IMG/VR virus record: IMGVR_UViG_3300032287_003113
Span: 1 to 64,000 of that record
Reading direction: 5' to 3' (one strand)
DNA: 64,000 bases
A program made the position numbers and the translations under genes. The stretch's first letter is position 1; every line of letters starts with the position of its first letter. Positions 58,557 to 64,000 of the stretch are shown in pieces. Under the pieces are notes generated by a model that saw only the letters and a list, made by a program, of their open reading frames with translations, was not told the DNA's origin and made no database searches.

Positions 58557-59577
58557 AGCTGGTTAAATCTAATTCATACAATCTTTTCCACTGATCGTAT
58601 GCATACTTCCTAAAATGATTTTTGTTGTATTGACAACGACCAAAATATTTTTGTTGATATTCTTGTGCAGGATTACCAACAGCATTTATAGCGGCAATAG
58701 CCACTTGAGCATATTGATACTGTCTACGTGGGTCGCCGGTGTTTTCATCAATAGTGGTATAGTTAAATACATCATCAAACACATCAAATCCCTGTTGCTT
58801 AAGGTGTTTACGTAAAGGTGCTTGTCCGTAGACAAAAAATGGTCGCATGCCAAGTATGGGCTTGAATGTTTTTTCACTGGCAAAAAAATTCTTGGGATAA
58901 TAGTTGTTGAATTCTGTTTCAGTAACCAAACATAACAAACTATTTTGCCAAATATTCATATCGCCTAGGCTAAAAATATCGTTGCGTATTTTATGACTGA
59001 CCCAAGTTTCGTCAGCGCCAAGTTGGCCGTATTCATCGTGTATGCCCTGTACATCGTCAAATGTTTCGTTTAATGTTATGGCACGATCACCCGGCAAGCC
59101 AAGACTTACAAATCCTTGTTGTTGTAGGCCAGCGGCCAACAATTCATTTACCAACGACACTCTGTGCGGATGTGGTTTGCGATTCAAGCATATAAACTTA
59201 CGAGCTGTGTCCATAACAGGAACATGATATTCTTCGTAGTTTTGAAAATACAAATCACACACCATGGCCCAGAAGTCCAAACGATATTGGTCAGCATTGC
59301 CCAATATAAGATACGGGCGACCCGATTGTTCAATGGTTCTAAATATTCTAGGCACAGCAGGATCTACAAAATTATGACAGATAATAAAATCAGGGTCAGC
59401 GGCTTCAATTTTTTTGGCTATGTCATTTTCGTGTAGCCAGGTAGGATTGATAAACATCACACGTTCGCAACCAAGCTGTTGTTGTGCTTTGTTTTCTAGT
59501 ATGTTACGTATTAGTTGTTCAACTCGGCCGGCTTTCCATGCATAGGGAAACCCGTTGGTATCTTTGATAATTTGCAT
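58549..59577 (-). CDS. Hypothetical protein, TEKT-motif family
   Basis: FICLNRKPHPHR, LVTET, FASEKTFKPI...RPF. Confidence 0.6.
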   Translation of the reverse strand: MQIIKDTNGFPYAWKAGRVEQLIRNILENKAQQQLGCERVMFINPTWLHENDIAKKIEAADPDFIICHNFVDPAVPRIFRTIEQSGRPYLILGNADQYRLDFWAMVCDLYFQNYEEYHVPVMDTARKFICLNRKPHPHRVSLVNELLAAGLQQQGFVSLGLPGDRAITLNETFDDVQGIHDEYGQLGADETWVSHKIRNDIFSLGDMNIWQNSLLCLVTETEFNNYYPKNFFASEKTFKPILGMRPFFVYGQAPLRKHLKQQGFDVFDDVFNYTTIDENTGDPRRQYQYAQVAIAAINAVGNPAQEYQQKYFGRCQYNKNHFRKYAYDQWKRLYELDLTSYV

Positions 59578-59599
59578 TTTGGATAACTTGTTTAATAAG

Positions 59600-61069
59600 T
59601 TATTTACGAATTCCTGCTAGACTACGAATAAAATCTAGGTCGGTGTTTTCCATGGTCATGTTGCTGACGTTTGGATGATCGGGTTGTGATCCGTATTGAT
59701 CTTGAGGATCGGCTTGTCTTGGACTCACTGGCAATGCCTGAGCTGTTTGTGCCGCATCTGCGTTGTTACGACCAAACTCAATTTGATTCAACAATGCGGG
59801 CATGTTGTCATTGATCCAGGTTTTGATCAAGGGTCTTGCATCAGCATCGGGCCCTTGACTGTCTGCCAAGTGATACACAGCATCATACAAGTCATCATCA
59901 CCAATGAGCGGTTGCAATGCAGATACTGCATCAACTCCGTCTATGCCAACAGGCACACTGGATTGCAACAATGCTTTTAATGCCAAAACTTTGTCTTTGT
60001 TGTCAGGGGTAGCCCAAGTGCCTTCTGTGACTGTGTCGGCCCATTCTTCCAGTTCTGCACCCAACTGCTCGGCCGATTCTGACTTGTATTTTTTGTAGGC
60101 TTTGAACACGATAGGAAGTGCTTCTGTAAAACGATCATCATAGATTTTTTTAACAAAACGTTCACGCAAGGCATCCACATCTACTTCGTCTTCGATAATG
60201 GTGTTTTCTGCTTGCCAATTTTCAAAGTAGCTACGATAGCCGCGTGCTCCACGCATTTGACGTAGTGTACGTTTTAATTCATCGTAATGATGAACAGCAG
60301 ATTTAGTCATGTCCATTGTTTCTTTATCTTCAAATTGACGATGTTTAGTGCTGCGAACAAAATGTCGCATGTCGGCCATTTCTTTTACAATACCGTTGAT
60401 GTGTTCAGCTATTTGATCATACATGGTGCCGCCGGCATTTAAATGTTCTGCCAAGGCATAGGCACCATGTAGGTTTGTATGGTCCAGTAAGAAGCGTTCG
60501 CCGCGGTCAGTTTCTAAGAAGATTTCTTGTATGCGTCGTGCCCGAGCACCATGTATATCGTCGTTTACTTTGTCTTTGTGACGGATTAAAATTTTGGTTG
60601 CGCCTTTGTCAGCAAAGCTGTTGTAAGGACGTCCCGGAGTTCCGTATAATCTGCTTTCGGTTACAGCAACATCTTTGCTCGAGAATGTGTCATCTGCTTT
60701 GCTTTGTTGTTTAACGTCTTTGAGATCTAGGTTAGATTTGTTAATATCACGTGTGTCAAATGTCAGCAAGTTACGCTTGGCAAACTTGCGTAGGCCGCGT
60801 AAAAATCCATACCATTCTTTGCGTTGTTCTCTATCCATCTCGCCTGAGATGTTCTGTCCAAAATATACTTTCAATGTGGTTTCATCAATAAGACTGATTG
60901 TCACTGTGCCAAATTCTGCACCATCTTCGCCGGTATAGGTAAAGTTAAAAAAACGAGCCTTAGAAGGGTCTGAGCTAGCCTTGGCTTTTTCGTCGCCCAG
61001 CGTTACGTTGCTGAAGCGTGAGCGAATTTTGTCAAATAGTGCAGAGGAGATTGATTCAATTTCTTTCAT
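59600..61069 (-). CDS. Conserved-looking phage hypothetical protein (likely late/virion)
   Basis: 489 aa downstream of terminase; TAAATA motif just upstream. Confidence 0.55.
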   Translation of the reverse strand: MKEIESISSALFDKIRSRFSNVTLGDEKAKASSDPSKARFFNFTYTGEDGAEFGTVTISLIDETTLKVYFGQNISGEMDREQRKEWYGFLRGLRKFAKRNLLTFDTRDINKSNLDLKDVKQQSKADDTFSSKDVAVTESRLYGTPGRPYNSFADKGATKILIRHKDKVNDDIHGARARRIQEIFLETDRGERFLLDHTNLHGAYALAEHLNAGGTMYDQIAEHINGIVKEMADMRHFVRSTKHRQFEDKETMDMTKSAVHHYDELKRTLRQMRGARGYRSYFENWQAENTIIEDEVDVDALRERFVKKIYDDRFTEALPIVFKAYKKYKSESAEQLGAELEEWADTVTEGTWATPDNKDKVLALKALLQSSVPVGIDGVDAVSALQPLIGDDDLYDAVYHLADSQGPDADARPLIKTWINDNMPALLNQIEFGRNNADAAQTAQALPVSPRQADPQDQYGSQPDHPNVSNMTMENTDLDFIRSLAGIRK

Positions 61070-61080
61070 AGTTATATTTA

Positions 61081-62643
61081 TCAGATCATGATAAAGGGCA
61101 TGGGCACTATAAACTCGTTGCTGTCTTTGATTTCAGCATCCAGATTTGCATCATAGTTTTGTAGGGTTTGCATCATGCGTAGGGCTAGTAAAGTTGACAT
61201 AACTAGGTCGTCGGTTTCACCTATTTTGGCTGCAAAACTATTGCCATGAGCAACAAAGGTTTTTAACTCTGATATCAGAGCTTTACTAGCAATAATCATA
61301 CGGCGGGTTTCTACTAGACTCTTGAGCTTGGAACAAGCAGTTAATTTTGATTTGTTGGTAGTGTTAAATCCTTTGCGGAATCTGCGTACATTGCCGGCTC
61401 GGGCAGTTTCACTTAGGAATACCCCACGTATGTTTTCTTCGCCAATTTCTTCGATCACGACCAATGCGGCTTCGCCTAAGGTGTTGTTCTCTACGCTGTA
61501 GTAAACATTGTTTGGTGATCCGCTGGCATCAGATATATACTGACAAATTTCTTGCAAGATACGTACCTGACGCTGTATAGGAGTTTTGTTATCACGCCAC
61601 TCGGCCACTTGTTTAAGTCCAGGCATTTCAAATACTTGTAAGGCCGCAGGATCTCCACCGGTACCTAAACTGGGATCAAGTGCTACAAAGTAAGTGTGAT
61701 CTCGTTCAGGACGTTTGTACCAACGCACTTGGCCCTGTCGTTCAAACGGATCGATGCCCGACATCTCAGCCAGGTGCAAGGGATTGATTAAGGTCTCATC
61801 AAAGATAATAAATTCACATTCCATCTCACGACGGAAACGTTCTTCACCCAGTTGTGCTCGCATGTTTGCAGCCCAGGCTTCATCTCGTTCAGGATGTTCT
61901 TCCCATTTGCTACGGAATGCTTTGAATCCGTTGACACCCACTTCTGTTTCATTGCCGTTGATGTCAATGCACTTGTTGGCGCCACGCCAGATCTGTGCAA
62001 ATTGATCTTCGTCACTGTTTGGTGTGCTTGTGATAATACATTTACCACCAGTGGCCAAGGTAGGAGTAATGGAAGTCCAAAAGTCTGCGGCAATGGTGGG
62101 GCGAACAAACGCAAACTCGTCGCAGTATAGGAGTGATATACTCATGCCTCGTCCGGTGTTTTCTGTTGTGGTTTGACTTACTATGCGGCTACCATTTTCA
62201 AAGTCTAAGCTACCTTTGTTGTAACTGGTTACACCGGCTCGGATATAATCCGGACAGTTTTCATAAGCATAACGGACACGTTGCATGATCTCTTGAGCAC
62301 CTAGGTACTTGTGAGCAGCTACCAAGATGGTTGTATCTGGCACAAACATGGCATACCATAGCAAGTAGCCAGCGGCCGTGGTCGATTTGCCCGTTTGTCT
62401 TGGCATTAGGCTTATACTGAATCTATAATGATGATAAGACTCAATCAATCGTTCTTGGTATTCAAAAGGATGATATTGTATGGCACCGCGGGTAGGGTGT
62501 TGTATAAAGAAATAGTTCTTCATAAAGTAATCTGGGCCTGTTACAGGATCAGCACAGCGGGCTAACTCTAAGATCTGTTGCTCAGTGTAAGACATCCGTT
62601 TGTACGGTGCCTTGATAATTGCAGTCTCTAACTCTTTACTCAT
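61081..62643 (-). CDS. terL: Terminase large subunit (T4 gp17-like)
   Basis: YQ, PRQTGKS, GRG.S, YCDEFAF, ITSTPN, ALDPSLG, VENN, DDLVM. Confidence 0.95.
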   Translation of the reverse strand: MSKELETAIIKAPYKRMSYTEQQILELARCADPVTGPDYFMKNYFFIQHPTRGAIQYHPFEYQERLIESYHHYRFSISLMPRQTGKSTTAAGYLLWYAMFVPDTTILVAAHKYLGAQEIMQRVRYAYENCPDYIRAGVTSYNKGSLDFENGSRIVSQTTTENTGRGMSISLLYCDEFAFVRPTIAADFWTSITPTLATGGKCIITSTPNSDEDQFAQIWRGANKCIDINGNETEVGVNGFKAFRSKWEEHPERDEAWAANMRAQLGEERFRREMECEFIIFDETLINPLHLAEMSGIDPFERQGQVRWYKRPERDHTYFVALDPSLGTGGDPAALQVFEMPGLKQVAEWRDNKTPIQRQVRILQEICQYISDASGSPNNVYYSVENNTLGEAALVVIEEIGEENIRGVFLSETARAGNVRRFRKGFNTTNKSKLTACSKLKSLVETRRMIIASKALISELKTFVAHGNSFAAKIGETDDLVMSTLLALRMMQTLQNYDANLDAEIKDSNEFIVPMPFIMI

Positions 62644-62656
62644 ATAAGTATATTTA

Positions 62657-63184
62657 ATGTCAGATACATTGTTACTCAATCAAAATTACCAACCAATTAG
62701 TGTGCTACCCCTTAGTGTTATCAATTGGCAACACGCAATCAAACTCATGTACCTGGGTCGTGTTCATGTGTTGGAAACCTATCCCAATTGGATAGTACAC
62801 TCAGAACGCCTGGCTCTAAATGTGCCCAGTGTTTGTGTGACCCGAGACTACTTTCACTACAAACAGGCTGTTAAATTCAGCAGATATAATCTTTACATGC
62901 GAGACTTATTCAAGTGTCAATATTGTGATGATGTGTTTGACTACGAAGATCTGACCATTGATCATGTGAAACCTCGTAGCCTGGGTGGCAAAACAGTCTG
63001 GGAAAATTGTGTTACCAGTTGTAAAACTTGTAATCATGCCAAAGGCAGTCATTTGCTATTGCCCAAGGTAAAACCGTACAAACCAGATTATTATAGTCTA
63101 GTTGGACAATGGAAGAAAATGCCGTTTACAGTTAAACAAGATTCGTGGAATCAATACTTGGGGTTAGATAAGCGAGTAGCTTAA
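62657..63184 (+). CDS. HNH endonuclease
   Basis: LLLN..Y.P, RD..CQYC, TIDHV.P.S.GG, W.N.V..C..CN..K. Confidence 0.9.
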   Translation: MSDTLLLNQNYQPISVLPLSVINWQHAIKLMYLGRVHVLETYPNWIVHSERLALNVPSVCVTRDYFHYKQAVKFSRYNLYMRDLFKCQYCDDVFDYEDLTIDHVKPRSLGGKTVWENCVTSCKTCNHAKGSHLLLPKVKPYKPDYYSLVGQWKKMPFTVKQDSWNQYLGLDKRVA

Positions 63185-63196
63185 AGGAAAATAAAA

Positions 63197-63754
63197 ATGA
63201 AAATAGCCATTACCGGACATACCCTGGGAATTGGAAAAGCCTTGGCAGAAGTATATCAACAACACGGACATGCTGTAGTTGGGTTTAGTCGATCCACAGG
63301 TCACGACATTTCGACTATTGATGGTCGCACACGTATTATTACAGAATCAGCCGATTGTGATTTATTTTTCAACAATGCTCATGCCGACTTTTCACAATGT
63401 GATTTATTATTTGAGTTATGGATGTCTTGGAAAAATCAAAAAAAATATATTGTAAACATTTCATCTGCTCACAGCGTAAAATGGGTATATTTTTTAAAAG
63501 ATCAGGTCAGTGATATCAAGTATTGTAGCGTTAAAAAAGCACTAGAGGAATCTGCAGAATTTTTGTGGAACCAATTGGATTGGCCCGCAGTATCAATCGT
63601 TTCTCCGTGTCGTACAGATACTCCCAGAGTAGCACATAGAGATTGGAGTAACAAAGTTGATCCGACGGAATTTGCTAACCTGGTATATACCACGTTGATT
63701 CAGAATAATTTTAGAGTGCAGAGATTAAGCCTGGCCAACAGACCCATCGATTAG
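63197..63754 (+). CDS. Minimal short-chain dehydrogenase/reductase
   Basis: TGHTLGIG, FFNNA, NISS, YCSVK; paralog of 53737-54228. Confidence 0.78.
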   Translation: MKIAITGHTLGIGKALAEVYQQHGHAVVGFSRSTGHDISTIDGRTRIITESADCDLFFNNAHADFSQCDLLFELWMSWKNQKKYIVNISSAHSVKWVYFLKDQVSDIKYCSVKKALEESAEFLWNQLDWPAVSIVSPCRTDTPRVAHRDWSNKVDPTEFANLVYTTLIQNNFRVQRLSLANRPID

Positions 63755-64000
63755 TTGTTGTTAGGGAAACTTCTGGGACGATACTCAGGATGTTTGGTTA
63801 GATATTCTTCTACCTTGTCACGCAGGCTACCTGTCATATAAGGCAAACTAAAATTAATCAAGAACCATAGATCAGTTCCAGGCATGACATGATATTCTTT
63901 TAATAGGTCATTGCGTTCTTTGGCGGTATAACTGATGTTACTGCCCACAGGACTCTGTATGCCTGCTTCGGCAGCTTGTGGTACTGTGTTATGACCGGTG
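63751..64000 (-). CDS. Hypothetical protein (C-terminal part; runs off window end)
   Basis: The frame stays open from 63948 to the window end. Confidence 0.5.
   Translation of the reverse strand, partial: TGHNTVPQAAEAGIQSPVGSNISYTAKERNDLLKEYHVMPGTDLWFLINFSLPYMTGSLRDKVEEYLTKHPEYRPRSFPNNN

Noticed and set aside
61081-63184. Intron or intein in terminase associated with the HNH gene
   Set aside because: The terminase ORF is continuous and of normal length; the HNH gene is free-standing and divergent.

Overview
A 64-kb segment of a large, T4-like (probably jumbo) tailed dsDNA phage, mostly on the minus strand and read in the standard genetic code. Core phage genes recognised from motifs are a terminase large subunit, gp32 SSB, UvsX, UvsY, UvsW helicase, a gp62-like clamp loader subunit, a DnaE-like fragment and a tail-fibre gene with an Mtd-type N-terminus. 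Host-like genes are groES/groEL, an rpoZ-like gene, ahpC/ahpD and a dCMP deaminase; the GroEL N-terminus and Bug/TctC proteins suggest a betaproteobacterial host (inference). There are 12 tRNA or tRNA-like genes. Accessory content includes a 12-kb glycan-biosynthesis island and six radical SAM genes, four of them interleaved with the recombination genes. A duplicated module combines solute-binding proteins (Bug with a signal peptide, DctP without) with PP-loop ATP-pyrophosphatases, a diiron ferritin-like enzyme, a glutamine amidotransferase and 2OG-Fe(II)-like enzymes. The most notable unexplained items are this enzyme-plus-receptor module, a ~250-nt structured ncRNA candidate with its own promoter (27341-27591), a tRNA-Ser with an ACU anticodon, a tRNA with a 6-nt anticodon loop and an attenuator-like leader upstream of the tRNA array. 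All calls come from reading the sequence; no searches were run.
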